Source of the DNA: Candidatus Multivoradales bacterium
GTDB lineage: Bacteria; Acidobacteriota; Thermoanaerobaculia; Multivoradales; J023
Length of the DNA stretch: 64,000 nt
NCBI GenBank assembly: GCA_965248925.1
Contig: CBDFLE010000005.1
Span: 864,001-928,000 of the forward strand
Reading direction: 5' to 3'
Positions within the stretch are counted from its first letter, which is position 1. The number at the start of each line of letters is the position of its first letter. The position numbers were made by a program, and so were the translations under genes. The notes under the pieces were generated by a model. The model was not told where the DNA came from and searched no databases. It saw only the letters and a program-made list of their open reading frames with translations. Of this stretch, positions 1 to 9,910 are shown in pieces.

Positions 1-191
1 TGCGGCTGGAGGAAGACCGCGGCGGTATTTCGTTTGCCAACTTCCTCGACCAACCCGGCGCGATTCCCACCCTCGACGGTCTCGGCCCTACCGGCGGCGG
101 CATGCACACGCGACAAGAATTCGTCTGGATCGACTCCTTCGCCAGCCGTGTCACCCTGCTCGCTGATCTGCTCGCCCACGAAGCGGACTAG
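1..191 (+). CDS. M20-family metallopeptidase, C-terminal end (partial)
   Basis: Manual translation of frame 3 gives ...RGGISFANF...PTLDGLGPTGGGMHTRQEF...* (TAG 189-191); PTLDGLGPxGGGxH..E is typical of M20/glutamate carboxypeptidase C-termini. Confidence 0.7.
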   Translation, partial: RLEEDRGGISFANFLDQPGAIPTLDGLGPTGGGMHTRQEFVWIDSFASRVTLLADLLAHEAD

Positions 192-214
192 GAATTGTCT
201 ACCGTGATGGGTCG

Positions 215-260
215 CCGGAAGCCGTGGAGATCCCGCTCGCGCCGCTTCCACGGCTTCCGG
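215..260. terminator. GC-rich hairpin, probable terminator
   Basis: Perfect 14-bp inverted repeat ccggaagccgtgga (215-228) / tccacggcttccgg (247-260) just after the M20 stop; no U-tract. Confidence 0.5.
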
Positions 261-429
261 GGAGAGGCATCGGTAGGATCTCATGCATGCTAGCCAGACC
301 AATATCAGCAGACATTCGAGCAGTGCGCCGCGATTGACGGACCAGGCATCAGAGCATATGCTCAAATGCGATCCTGGCTGTACGGTAGGCGCGCTGTAGT
401 GCCCTCTTCGGGCTTGCTGGAAGCCCCGA

Positions 430-1020
430 TTGCCAACAACCTCGGTGGCCCAACTATTGTATCCGCGCGATCTTCGCTCATCTTCGGCATTCCGTTCGGG
501 AGCTGCCGCCAAGTACTCGTCAAACGTCGATCCGGCAACACCGGGATCAGCCGACGAACAGTCGTTGACCCCCAATCTGAAGGCTGATCCGCAAGCCATC
601 GCCGACAGCGGATCGACCGACCCACCACCCGAGATCGCCCGCCCGCTAGTGCTGGTGGTCGACGATGAGGAGATGATCCTGACTGTCGCCAGCCAAATCC
701 TCATTCGGCGCGGCTTTGAGGTGTTGGTGGCCCGCGACGGAGCCGAAGGCTTGCGAGTTTTTGTCGAACATTGCGACCAGATCGACCTGGTGCTGCTCGA
801 CCTGAACATGCCGGGAAGAGGAGGCTACGAGACCCTGCGGGAAATGCGCAAGATCAAGCTCAATGCTCGAGTGATCCTGACCAGTGGCTTCGGTGAGCAA
901 GAATCTACCGACCTGCTCGACGCTAGCCAACCGGTCGACTTCCTCCAGAAACCCTACCGAGTTCAGGCCTTGGTGGCCAAAGTTCGGCAGGCCCTGGGGA
1001 GGGTCGACAACTTGGACTAA
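430..1020 (+). CDS. Stand-alone response regulator receiver protein with low-complexity N-terminal extension
   Basis: VLVVDDE, LVLLDLNMP (phospho-Asp), ILTSG, FLQKPY; start uncertain. Confidence 0.85.
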   Translation: MPTTSVAQLLYPRDLRSSSAFRSGAAAKYSSNVDPATPGSADEQSLTPNLKADPQAIADSGSTDPPPEIARPLVLVVDDEEMILTVASQILIRRGFEVLVARDGAEGLRVFVEHCDQIDLVLLDLNMPGRGGYETLREMRKIKLNARVILTSGFGEQESTDLLDASQPVDFLQKPYRVQALVAKVRQALGRVDNLD

Positions 1021-2547
1021 TTATTTGTGGAGCAGCAGCCAGAGACCGCTGAAAGCACGCATCAAGCGTATTCTGAGCACTTGTAAACGTTGCGCCTCAG
1101 TGATGTCACCGCTCAACACGACCTGATGCATCAGATGCTCGTAGCGGCGAACGAAGAGGTCGGCCAAGAAGACGGTGCGCCGCGCCTGGGAGAAAATCGG
1201 CGCCTGCTGGGTGATCGCGCTGTCGTCGAGCAGACCGCGAATGGCCTCGACCTCTTGCTCCACTCGGAGACGCAGAGCGGCGGCGCGCAACAGCAGTTCC
1301 TCCAAATCGCGATCGCAAGTGGCGTCGCCAAACAGCCGGCGATAGGCAATCACCTCCCGCGGCTCCAAGCGAAACGGGAAGACCTCAGGCAATACCGTCA
1401 CCTTGCGGGCATCGAGGGTCGGCATGGTGCCTTCGAGTACCGCGACCAGCTCGCGATAGTGCTCAGCCACGTACTCAAACTCCGTGCTTGGCCGGGGGCT
1501 TACCGGCGCCTCGCTACCCAGCAGCTCCCGCAATTCTGGCGATTGCACCACCGGTCCTTGGTCAAAGTCACGCTCAGGCCGCAGCTTGGGCAGCAGAGCG
1601 GCCATTCGCCGACGCAGACCGACCAGGGAGTCCAGGCGCACGTTGGAGCCCTCCAGCTGCTGCTCGAAGCGCTCGACCGCGACGCGGAAATCCTTGAGCT
1701 CGCGATCTAGCTTCAGGTCGACCGGAACTTCCCGTTCGAGTTCAAAGATCTCCTGGTACTCGGCTACAATGCGCTGTTCCTCGTGGTGATAGAGCTTTCG
1801 CACCAGATTCTTCAGCTTCAGATTGGTCTCGACGATTTCGGGACAGATACTGGGCTGGAAGTAGAGGTCGCCGAGCTCATGTTTGAGTTGTCGATAGCGC
1901 AGTACCAGACCCGTGCCGTCGAGGTCCTGGATACTCTTCACCTTCTCGGCATTGCGCCGCATTTCGATCAACTGGCCGAGCCTCTGCTCGATCAAGCTGG
2001 ACTCCGCCGAAGGACTTCCCAGCGCCGACCAAAAACCCTCCGAGACCTCCCGCAAATGGGTACGGTCGCGGGGCAGGAAGGCATCGAGGTGTTCGTCGAA
2101 CTCCTCGCACAGCTTGGTGGTCAGAAAGTCAACTTTGTCCAGCCGGTCAGCGCTCCAACTGCCATTCTGCGAGAAAAGGTAGAACTTGACCAGCTGCGAT
2201 AGGATGGTGTCCTCGTAGCTCTTGACCCGCTGGAAGAATTGGCGCAGCTGGCTCGGCGAGACCTCGCCGTCGCTTTCGCGGAGCGACTTGATCAGCTGGC
2301 TCAGCTCGATTTCGACCTCCGCGAGTTCTTCACCGGCGGCCTCGGCCCCGGTCTCCGTGAGGTTCTTCGAGATGGTCTTGAGCCGTGAATAGAGGCCCTG
2401 AAAGTCCGCCGGTTGCTCCGGCAGCGGCCGTTCAACAAAGACCTTCTGCAGATTCTGTAGAAACTGGTGGAAGGTCCAGGCGGACTTGAAGACGTTCGAT
2501 TGCCTGACGTACTGGCGATGAACGCTGTTCAGCTGCTGCACTGACAT
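1021..2547 (-). CDS. Hypothetical helical/coiled-coil protein (508 aa)
   Basis: Long ORF, ATG start with upstream GGAG, Leu/Glu/Arg-rich heptad-like composition; no recognisable motif. Confidence 0.8.
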   Translation of the reverse strand: MSVQQLNSVHRQYVRQSNVFKSAWTFHQFLQNLQKVFVERPLPEQPADFQGLYSRLKTISKNLTETGAEAAGEELAEVEIELSQLIKSLRESDGEVSPSQLRQFFQRVKSYEDTILSQLVKFYLFSQNGSWSADRLDKVDFLTTKLCEEFDEHLDAFLPRDRTHLREVSEGFWSALGSPSAESSLIEQRLGQLIEMRRNAEKVKSIQDLDGTGLVLRYRQLKHELGDLYFQPSICPEIVETNLKLKNLVRKLYHHEEQRIVAEYQEIFELEREVPVDLKLDRELKDFRVAVERFEQQLEGSNVRLDSLVGLRRRMAALLPKLRPERDFDQGPVVQSPELRELLGSEAPVSPRPSTEFEYVAEHYRELVAVLEGTMPTLDARKVTVLPEVFPFRLEPREVIAYRRLFGDATCDRDLEELLLRAAALRLRVEQEVEAIRGLLDDSAITQQAPIFSQARRTVFLADLFVRRYEHLMHQVVLSGDITEAQRLQVLRIRLMRAFSGLWLLLHK

Positions 2548-2661
2548 TGTCGAGACTCCGTTGCCATGAGCGCCGGGCAGAGAGTTCGAGCGGGTTGGCC
2601 GGCTGAGATAGGTTCCTGCGCTGATTCTAATCCTACTACCTTACGACAATCCGAGATAGAA

Positions 2662-3216
2662 ATGACCAATTCACCTGATACCAGTGCAGCTACTCCGCGA
2701 ATCTTGATCTCCGCCGAGGATCTCAGTCAACGCATTACCGAACTTGCCGCTGAAATCGACCGCGACTATCGCGACAGCGAACGGCTGATCACCATCGGCG
2801 TGCTCAAGGGTTCGGTGTTCTTCATGGTCGATCTCCTGCAGCAGGTGACGGTGCCGCTGGCAGTTGATTTTTTTCAGACTTCTAGTTATGGCGACGGCAC
2901 CATGCCGGGCGAGGTGCGGATCAAGAAAGACATCGACCTGCCGATTCGCGGCGCCGATGTGCTGTTGATCGAGGATATCGTCGACACCGGCTACACCCTG
3001 CGCACTATTCTCGACTTGCTGCGCTTCCGCGGCGCCCGCAGCGTCAAGCTCTGCGCCCTGCTCGACAAAGTCGCCCGCCGCGAGGTCGAGGTACCGATCC
3101 ACTACCGTGGATTCGAGATCGACGATGTGTTCGTGGTCGGCTACGGTCTGGACTATGCTGAGCGCTACCGCAACTTGACCTACATCGGGGTCTTCGACCA
3201 GATCCCTGAAATCTGA
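2662..3216 (+). CDS. hpt: Hypoxanthine phosphoribosyltransferase
   Basis: GVLKGS, PRPP motif VLLIEDIVDTGYTL, FVVGYGLDYAERYRNL; start moved to ATG 2662. Confidence 0.95.
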   Translation: MTNSPDTSAATPRILISAEDLSQRITELAAEIDRDYRDSERLITIGVLKGSVFFMVDLLQQVTVPLAVDFFQTSSYGDGTMPGEVRIKKDIDLPIRGADVLLIEDIVDTGYTLRTILDLLRFRGARSVKLCALLDKVARREVEVPIHYRGFEIDDVFVVGYGLDYAERYRNLTYIGVFDQIPEI

Positions 3217-3266
3217 AGTTCAAACCGCGCTTGCCTCACCAGAGGTGCGCGCCGAGGATTCCATTG

Positions 3267-3644
3267 ATGAAATTCATCCACAGCGCCGACGCCCCTGAGG
3301 CCATCGGCCCCTACTCCCAGGCCATCGCCGTCGATGGCTGGCTATACACCTCGGGCCAGATTCCCCTCGACCCCGCCACCGGCGAGATGGTCGAAGGTGA
3401 TTTCGAGACCCAGACCCGGCAAGTCCTGAGCAACCTGACCGCCGTGCTGGAGGCCGCCGGCTGCACCTTCGGCGACATCGTCAAGGCCACCGTCTATGTC
3501 GCCGACATGGCCGACTTTCCCCGCCTCAACAAGCTCTACGCCGAAGCCATGGGAGAGCACCGCCCAGCCCGCTCGACCGTGCAAGCAGCCCAGCTGCCCA
3601 AGGGATCGCGGGTCGAGATCGATCTGGTGGCGCGTATTCCTTGA
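3267..3644 (+). CDS. ridA: RidA/YjgF/UK114 enamine-imine deaminase
   Basis: APEAIGPYSQA, SGQIPLDP, PARSTV, LPKGSRVEID; start at ATG 3267. Confidence 0.93.
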   Translation: MKFIHSADAPEAIGPYSQAIAVDGWLYTSGQIPLDPATGEMVEGDFETQTRQVLSNLTAVLEAAGCTFGDIVKATVYVADMADFPRLNKLYAEAMGEHRPARSTVQAAQLPKGSRVEIDLVARIP

Positions 3645-3684
3645 GCTGAGAAACACGCCGGTCCTAGCAGCCTGTGGCAAAAGC

Positions 3685-4641
3685 CTAGCCCCGCCCGAGA
3701 TACTCGTCGAGCAGCTCAGCCTGGATCTCAGATTTGCCGCGGTGGACGATCTCATCGACCAACTCGGCCAGTTCGGCGTCGAGCCAATCCAAGACCTCGA
3801 GGTTTTCTTCACGCGCCACCGCCGCCAGGTCGTAGCGGGTGGTCTCGGCACCGCGGGCGGCACGGAAAATCGCTTGCCCGCGGCCTAGCGGGCGCTCTAG
3901 GCGAGACCACAACTCGGCAATCAACGACAGCTCGGCGGCGATCTTGCGATTGGCGGTTTGGCGCTGGCTCTGGCCGGTGTCGGGGCGGGGCATGAAGGTC
4001 TCGAGACCGTGGCTGGCGGCCACCCGCGCCAAAGCGCGTTCAGCGGGCGGTGGGCCATGAAACAAAGCATCGTAAACCCTATCGCTCTGCCCTTCGGCCA
4101 GGCGCCGGCGCAGAATCGGCGTCAACTCCAGGGTCAGCGGCTGGACAAATCCAACCCCCGCCGCTGCCAACAGCTCGCAGCCTTCCTGGCCAAGCTCTGG
4201 CTGGTCGGTCAGGCCGGCGATCAGTGGCCACACCGCGCCGCTACCGGCGGGCAGTTCAGTGAGTGCCTCCAGGCGCCCCTCTAGCAAGGGGATGAGCAAG
4301 TCGTAGACCAGCGTCGCCGGGCCTGTCAATGCAGCCTCACCGGGTAGCAGTTGCAGCAGCACCGGGGTGCCAGAAGCGCTCAGCCGCTCAACCAGCCGGT
4401 GGCGCTCTGCCACCAGCCGTGGCGCCACCGGCGGAATATAAAACAGCTCGTCGCGCCCCTCGGCCTTGATCTCTGGAATGATCTGGCCGGGGCCGGCCTC
4501 CCCCACACCCAACCGAGCTGCCGCCAAATAGGTCCACAGGCCACCACAGCCACGCCAAGAACGCGGCGCCATGCCAATCCAAAAGCGCCCCGGTTCGGGC
4601 AACTGGCGCACCGGCAGAGTACGACTCATCAGCGCCAACAC
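3685..4641 (-). CDS. Hypothetical protein with C-terminal PolX/pol-beta N-terminal (HhH)-like domain
   Basis: Co-oriented downstream of ribE; C-terminal NRKIAAELSLIAEL...AIFRAAR...DLAAVAREENL...LVDEIVHRGK resembles the PolX 8-kDa domain. Confidence 0.65.
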   Translation of the reverse strand: MLALMSRTLPVRQLPEPGRFWIGMAPRSWRGCGGLWTYLAAARLGVGEAGPGQIIPEIKAEGRDELFYIPPVAPRLVAERHRLVERLSASGTPVLLQLLPGEAALTGPATLVYDLLIPLLEGRLEALTELPAGSGAVWPLIAGLTDQPELGQEGCELLAAAGVGFVQPLTLELTPILRRRLAEGQSDRVYDALFHGPPPAERALARVAASHGLETFMPRPDTGQSQRQTANRKIAAELSLIAELWSRLERPLGRGQAIFRAARGAETTRYDLAAVAREENLEVLDWLDAELAELVDEIVHRGKSEIQAELLDEYLGRG

Positions 4642-4670
4642 CTCGACCGCAGGATCCTCACCGCCGCCTC

Positions 4671-5282
4671 TCAGCGCCCCTGACCACGGAGCTCGAGAGC
4701 CCGCTGGATGTATTTGGCTAACACGTCGATTTCCAGATGAACACGGTCGCCAACCACCCGCTCACCCAGAGTGGTCGCCTGCAAGGTGTGGGGAATTAGA
4801 GCGACCGAAAAGCGCTCGTCGTCTAAGCTGGCAACGGTCAGACTGACCCCGTCGAGAGTCACTGATCCCTTCTCTACAAAGCCGGCCAGGTGTTCGCTAG
4901 GTAGAGAGAAAATGAGTTCGCGGTGAGCTTCCAGATCTCGTCGGGCAAGCACCTCGACGGTGCCGTCAACATGCCCTTGGACCCAGTGTCCACCGAGCGG
5001 ATCGCCGAGCCTCAGCGCCGGCTCCAAATTGACCGCCTGACCGGCATCGAGCGCACCCAGACGAGTTCGGGCAAGTGTCTCGGGGGAAAGTTCCACCTCG
5101 CAGCTAGTGCTGGCCAGCTCGACCACCGTTAGGCAGACTCCTTCCACCGCCAGGCTGGCACCGATAGTCAGCCGTTCGCCAAGCTCCGCGCTGAAGCCGA
5201 TCCGCAGCCGCACCCCACCCTCCGAAGAAGCTCTCGGAGCCGCCGTCAGCCGGCCACACTCAAGCACAAGTCCGCTAAACAT
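4671..5282 (-). CDS. ribE: Riboflavin synthase (alpha chain)
   Basis: MFSGLV N-terminus, GASLAVEGVCLTV, GGHWVQGHVDG, KGSVTLDGVSLTV. Confidence 0.95.
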   Translation of the reverse strand: MFSGLVLECGRLTAAPRASSEGGVRLRIGFSAELGERLTIGASLAVEGVCLTVVELASTSCEVELSPETLARTRLGALDAGQAVNLEPALRLGDPLGGHWVQGHVDGTVEVLARRDLEAHRELIFSLPSEHLAGFVEKGSVTLDGVSLTVASLDDERFSVALIPHTLQATTLGERVVGDRVHLEIDVLAKYIQRALELRGQGR

Positions 5283-6409
5283 CCAGCTCGAAACCCCTCG
5301 ATGATCAAGTCTTCGCCCCGTCGCCGGGCACGCATTCCATCCAGCCGCGGCGCCGCCGCCAGCGGCTCAAAACCAGCACCACCCACCGGTCCCGGAGCCG
5401 AGACACCAGCGATCAGTAGCGGCGCGCAGTCGACTCCCACCCGATCGTAGAGCCCGGCGGCGACGAAGGCGGCGGTGATCTCGCTACCACCCTCGACTAA
5501 CAGACTCTGCACTCCGCGCCGACCCAAGTCGGCGAGAACGCTGGCCGGTGTCAGCCGATCGAGATATTGCACTTCGGCTCCTCGGTCGCTGAGCGCCGCC
5601 ACAGCCGCAGCATCCGATCTCTCAGTGTACACCAGCACCGGCCCCTCGATGCTCAGCATCCGCGCCGTCGGTGGCAGGCGCAGGCGACGATCAAGAACTA
5701 GCCGCAGATTTGCCCCAAGGGTCTTCTTCAAACGTCGGTTGAGGCTCGGATCGTCAGCCAGGGCGGTGCCGCTACCGACCAGAATGGCATCGTGGTCTTC
5801 GCGCTGCTCCATCCCCCAGCGACGGCCGGCGGCCGAGGAGATCCACTGGCTGTCGCCGCCGGCGGTGGCGATCTTGCCGTCGAGGCTCATCGCCCATTTG
5901 AGGCTGACCGCCGGACGGCCCATGGTCATGGCGACCAAGAAACGCCAGTTGAGCCGCACCGCCTGTTCAACCAGGTAGCCACAATCGACCTCGATACCCG
6001 CCGCGGCAATGCGCCGCAGGCCACGGCCGGCGACTTGCGGGTTGGGATCGCGATGGCAGACCACCACGCGGCGAACACCGGCGGCGATCACCGCTTCGCA
6101 GCAGGGACCGGTGCGGCCCTGATGGCTGCAAGGCTCGAGGGTGACGAAGAGGGTGGCACCCCGAGCCCGAGCGCCAGCGACCGCCAGCGCCTCGACCTCG
6201 GCATGGGGTCCACCGAGCTGCCGGTGCCAACCCTCCCCCACCACTTCCCCACCTGCTGTCACGACCACCGCGCCTACCTGGGGATTGGGAGAGGTGCCAA
6301 AACGACCGCGAGCGGCGAGCCGCAGAGCCCGTTGCAGAAAGGCGCAATCAACCGCGGCCAGCGGCCTATTCGAAGAGGGCAGCGGCAAACTCCTCAGCCT
6401 TGAATGCAA
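5246..6409 (-). CDS. ribD: Bifunctional riboflavin deaminase/reductase
   Basis: PNPQVGAV, HAEV, TLEPCSHQGRTGPC, SLDGKIA, LLVEGG; exact start uncertain. Confidence 0.95.
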   Translation of the reverse strand: MHSRLRSLPLPSSNRPLAAVDCAFLQRALRLAARGRFGTSPNPQVGAVVVTAGGEVVGEGWHRQLGGPHAEVEALAVAGARARGATLFVTLEPCSHQGRTGPCCEAVIAAGVRRVVVCHRDPNPQVAGRGLRRIAAAGIEVDCGYLVEQAVRLNWRFLVAMTMGRPAVSLKWAMSLDGKIATAGGDSQWISSAAGRRWGMEQREDHDAILVGSGTALADDPSLNRRLKKTLGANLRLVLDRRLRLPPTARMLSIEGPVLVYTERSDAAAVAALSDRGAEVQYLDRLTPASVLADLGRRGVQSLLVEGGSEITAAFVAAGLYDRVGVDCAPLLIAGVSAPGPVGGAGFEPLAAAPRLDGMRARRRGEDLIIEGFRAGCLADLCLSVAG

Positions 6410-7337
6410 TCAGATCATCGGCTCCCTCGCCGACCCCGAGGTAGACCACCGGCAGCTTCAGATCGCGGGCGACGGACACCACCATGCCTCCTTTGGCAGT
6501 ACCGTCGAGCTTGCTCAAGACCACTCCATCGACCGGCATCACCCGTTGAAACTCCCGCGCTTGCAGAATGGCGTTCTGGCCGGTAGTGGCGTCGAGTACC
6601 AACAGGGTGCGGCGAGAGAAGCCCTCGCTGGCGCGGTCGATCACCCGACCGATCTTGCCCAACTCGGCCATCAGGTGCTCTTTATTGTGCAGCCGGCCGG
6701 CGGTGTCGGCGATCACTTGGTCGGCGCGCCGAGCTCGACCGGCTTGTAAGGCATCGAAAATCACCGCTGCCGGGTCGCCGCCGCTCTGCTGACGGATCAC
6801 TTCGCAGCCCAACCTCTCGCCCCACAGGGACAGCTGTTCAATGGCGGCGGCGCGAAAGGTATCTCCGGCAGCCAGCAAGACCCGCTCGCCACGGCGTTGA
6901 TGAAAACGGGCCAACTTGGCGATTGTGGTGGTTTTGCCGACACCATTGACACCCACCACCAAGGTGATGGTCGGACAGGCCAAGACTGCTGGCGCGGGCA
7001 TCTGCCGCAGCATCTCCGCAACCAAAGCGGCCAGTTGGCGGCGCAACGCCGCGCCATCACCGGTGCTGCCAGACTCGACCTGGCCGCGCAAAGTCTCGAC
7101 TAACTGCAAAGAAGTCTCGACCCCCAAGTCAGCGCCGATCAAGGTCTCTTCGAGGTACTCCAGCGCGTTCTCATCGAGCACTCCACGCCCATCCATCCGC
7201 GCGTCAATACGCTCGATCAACTCGGTGTGGGTCATCAGCAAGCCCCGTTTGAGCTTGCTCCAGAAACCGCCTTTTCGCTTACTCTGCAGCTCGCTCTCCG
7301 GAGCCAACTGCAGGGGATCGGTGTGGTGGGAACTCAT
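6366..7337 (-). CDS. ftsY: SRP receptor GTPase
   Basis: GVNGVGKTTT, DTFRAAA, DTAGR, KLDGTAKGG. Confidence 0.96.
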   Translation of the reverse strand: MSSHHTDPLQLAPESELQSKRKGGFWSKLKRGLLMTHTELIERIDARMDGRGVLDENALEYLEETLIGADLGVETSLQLVETLRGQVESGSTGDGAALRRQLAALVAEMLRQMPAPAVLACPTITLVVGVNGVGKTTTIAKLARFHQRRGERVLLAAGDTFRAAAIEQLSLWGERLGCEVIRQQSGGDPAAVIFDALQAGRARRADQVIADTAGRLHNKEHLMAELGKIGRVIDRASEGFSRRTLLVLDATTGQNAILQAREFQRVMPVDGVVLSKLDGTAKGGMVVSVARDLKLPVVYLGVGEGADDLIAFKAEEFAAALFE

Positions 7338-7448
7338 CAGCCTCTACTCTCCCTGGGACCCACTGCCAAATCGGCAGCAGGCTCAGTATTGATCGGTAAA
7401 GCATAGATCGCGATGCGGGGCTCCGGCAGCCTCGCCCTGGCCGGCGGT

Positions 7449-7823
7449 TCAGGTCAGCTCGGCAAAGACTTCACGGGCAATTTCCTGCCGCGCCAGTTCG
7501 AGCGCTTCCGTCGCCCGCGCGAAAATCGCTGGCCGCCGCTGGACGAGCACCAGATAATAAGCCTCCGGCAGCTGCGCGGCGTACAGGTGCAGGCCTTCTT
7601 TTTCGATGTGCAAGGTCCGCGGCGAACCACAGCCGCTGGACTCCAGTACGGTGGTCAAATGGCGCATGTAGATACCGACATAGGCGCCAAGAATTTTCAT
7701 CTTGTAGGGCGAAAACTCGCTACAGGCAACATGTACGGCCTCGCCGCTTTCGTCGAGGAACATTGCTGCCACCACGCTCTCGTCGCTGGCCAGCAGATTG
7801 GCTATGGTGTATTGAAAAGGCAT
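7449..7823 (-). CDS. Roadblock/LC7 (MglB-like) domain protein
   Basis: 124 aa; AAMFLDESGEAV and YYLVLV pattern typical of the roadblock fold. Confidence 0.6.
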   Translation of the reverse strand: MPFQYTIANLLASDESVVAAMFLDESGEAVHVACSEFSPYKMKILGAYVGIYMRHLTTVLESSGCGSPRTLHIEKEGLHLYAAQLPEAYYLVLVQRRPAIFARATEALELARQEIAREVFAELT

Positions 7824-7909
7824 GCCTCAGATCCTGCTGCAAGAGACTCCAACGCAAAGCCGCAACCAAGGGATCCCTACCCGCGGCGACTCGACCCAGC
7901 GGGCCGGAT

Positions 7910-9757
7910 TCAGTTGGGCGGCAAGACGGACGGAACGACTAAATCAATGCTGGTACTATCCACCTCTCCAGCGTCGTCTTGGCTTGCCGACTCTTGTGTT
8001 GGACGGATCTTAATGCGCCCGGCCTCCCAGGCCAACAAGAAGGCGGTGACGATCTTGGCATCAAACTTGGTTCCTGTGAGCTGCTTGATCCGATCGAGGG
8101 CATAATCGGTGGTGTAAGCGTTCTGATAGGGCCGGTTGGTAGTGATGGCGTCGAAGGTGTCGGCAACGGCGATAATCCGCGCCATCAGTGGAATCTGGTC
8201 GCCTTTCAGGCCATCCGGATAGCCAGAACCGTTCCAAGCTTCATGGTGCCAGCGGATGCCGGGAATCATCTGCCGCAGGTCGGAAATCGGCTCGACGATT
8301 TCGGCACCAACCACCGGGTGCAACTTCATCTGCTCGAATTCCTCGGCGGTTAGCACCCCCCCTTTCTTGAGCACTCGATCGTCCACCCCGATCTTGCCCA
8401 CATCGTGCAACACGGCGCTGATCCACACCCGCTGGCGAACGTCGGCGGGCAAGCCAAGGTGGCGAGCGATGGCCCGGCTATAGGCCGCTACCCGCTCGGA
8501 GTGGCCGCGAGTGTAGGGATCCTTGGCATCGATGGCAGCCGCGAACGCTCGAATCGAACTGATGAACAGCTCGCGATTGGCCTCGGCGGCACGTTTGAGC
8601 TGCTCGACATAGCTCTCGACGTGATCGCTCATGCGATTGAAATCGTCGGCCAGCTCAGCGATCTCGAAGCCTACCCATTCAGTATCGATGCGCTGGTGGA
8701 AGTGACCCTGGGCGATCTGATGGCTGGAATCCGTAAGCCGCTGTATCGGCCGGCTCAACCAGCGGGCGGCGGCCAAGGCAAAGACCGAAGCCAGAGCTAC
8801 CAAGAGCAGAGAAGAAAGCAGGGTGTTCATCGCCATCTGCTCAACTTCGACGAAAGCCGCCTTGGCAGGCATATGCGCCACCACCACCCAACCGCTTTCG
8901 GCCACTGGCGACACCCTGGCCAGAACTGGCAGCAGACGATCGCGCAGTTGCAAGTTGTAGCGGCGAGTCACCGAAATCGGCTGGCGGACAAAGTCACTGA
9001 CCAAGTCAGTCTCCATCAACGCCAGCTCTACTTCAGGGTCGCCATCGCCGGACCACAGCAACTGACCGGTGCGGTCGACGACGATGATCTCCTTGCTATT
9101 CAAGTTCACTTGCGAACGCAAGGTGGCGCGGATCAACGGCGGCTCGACCAGCGCCTGAGCGATCAAGCGCTCGCCGCTTGCTGCTTCGACCAGTACCGCC
9201 ACCGCCACCAGGGGTCGCTCGCCGCGGGGCAAAGCTGCAAACCGGTAGACCACTGATTCTGCCGCCAGGCTGGATTCCTGAAACGCCAAGGTCAAGGCTT
9301 GAGCAGCCGGTGCGCTGAGATCCTTGAAACCAAAGCGCAGACCATAGCCCTCTGCATTGGCCAAGCGCAGAACTACAATGTCGGGATGATCGTCGAAGAA
9401 AGAGCGCATCAACTCTTCGACCCAGGGCTCACCGAGTCGGGTTTTCACCGATTCGAGATCGGGCACCGCCAGCAACACTCTGCCCAGCTGGCGTAGCTCG
9501 GACCGGTACTTCGCCAACCCCTCGCTGAGTTCCTGCGCCAGGCTCTGCGCCGAAGTCGTCAGGCGAACTGTTTCGTGGGTCTCGAGAATGTCACGATTCT
9601 CGGCAATCAGCCGCCAGCTACTGATCAGCAGGGGAATGATGCCGGAGAACAACAGCAACAAAAAGAGCAAATAGCGCAGCTTGACCCGGCGCATGAAAGA
9701 GCGCAAGCGGCGCGGCGGCCGAGATGAAGACGTAGGGTTGCTGGCGTGCTCAGTCAA
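7910..9757 (-). CDS. Membrane HAMP + HD-GYP cyclic-di-GMP phosphodiesterase
   Basis: Two TM helices around a periplasmic sensor, HAMP (PIQRL...LADDFNRM), DPYTRGHS, LHDVGKIG, HHEAWNGSGYPDG. Confidence 0.92.
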   Translation of the reverse strand: MTEHASNPTSSSRPPRRLRSFMRRVKLRYLLFLLLLFSGIIPLLISSWRLIAENRDILETHETVRLTTSAQSLAQELSEGLAKYRSELRQLGRVLLAVPDLESVKTRLGEPWVEELMRSFFDDHPDIVVLRLANAEGYGLRFGFKDLSAPAAQALTLAFQESSLAAESVVYRFAALPRGERPLVAVAVLVEAASGERLIAQALVEPPLIRATLRSQVNLNSKEIIVVDRTGQLLWSGDGDPEVELALMETDLVSDFVRQPISVTRRYNLQLRDRLLPVLARVSPVAESGWVVVAHMPAKAAFVEVEQMAMNTLLSSLLLVALASVFALAAARWLSRPIQRLTDSSHQIAQGHFHQRIDTEWVGFEIAELADDFNRMSDHVESYVEQLKRAAEANRELFISSIRAFAAAIDAKDPYTRGHSERVAAYSRAIARHLGLPADVRQRVWISAVLHDVGKIGVDDRVLKKGGVLTAEEFEQMKLHPVVGAEIVEPISDLRQMIPGIRWHHEAWNGSGYPDGLKGDQIPLMARIIAVADTFDAITTNRPYQNAYTTDYALDRIKQLTGTKFDAKIVTAFLLAWEAGRIKIRPTQESASQDDAGEVDSTSIDLVVPSVLPPN

Positions 9758-9910
9758 TCAAAGGGTCCCCGTGCTGCTATCCCTCCAGCAACAGAGTTTG
9801 ACTGCCCAAACCACTGAACCGCAGCTCAACACATTAGATTGCCGGACAGTATACATGAATCGAGCGCGACCGGTAGCCGACGCGGCTATCCAAGGATCTG
9901 GCACAGAGCG

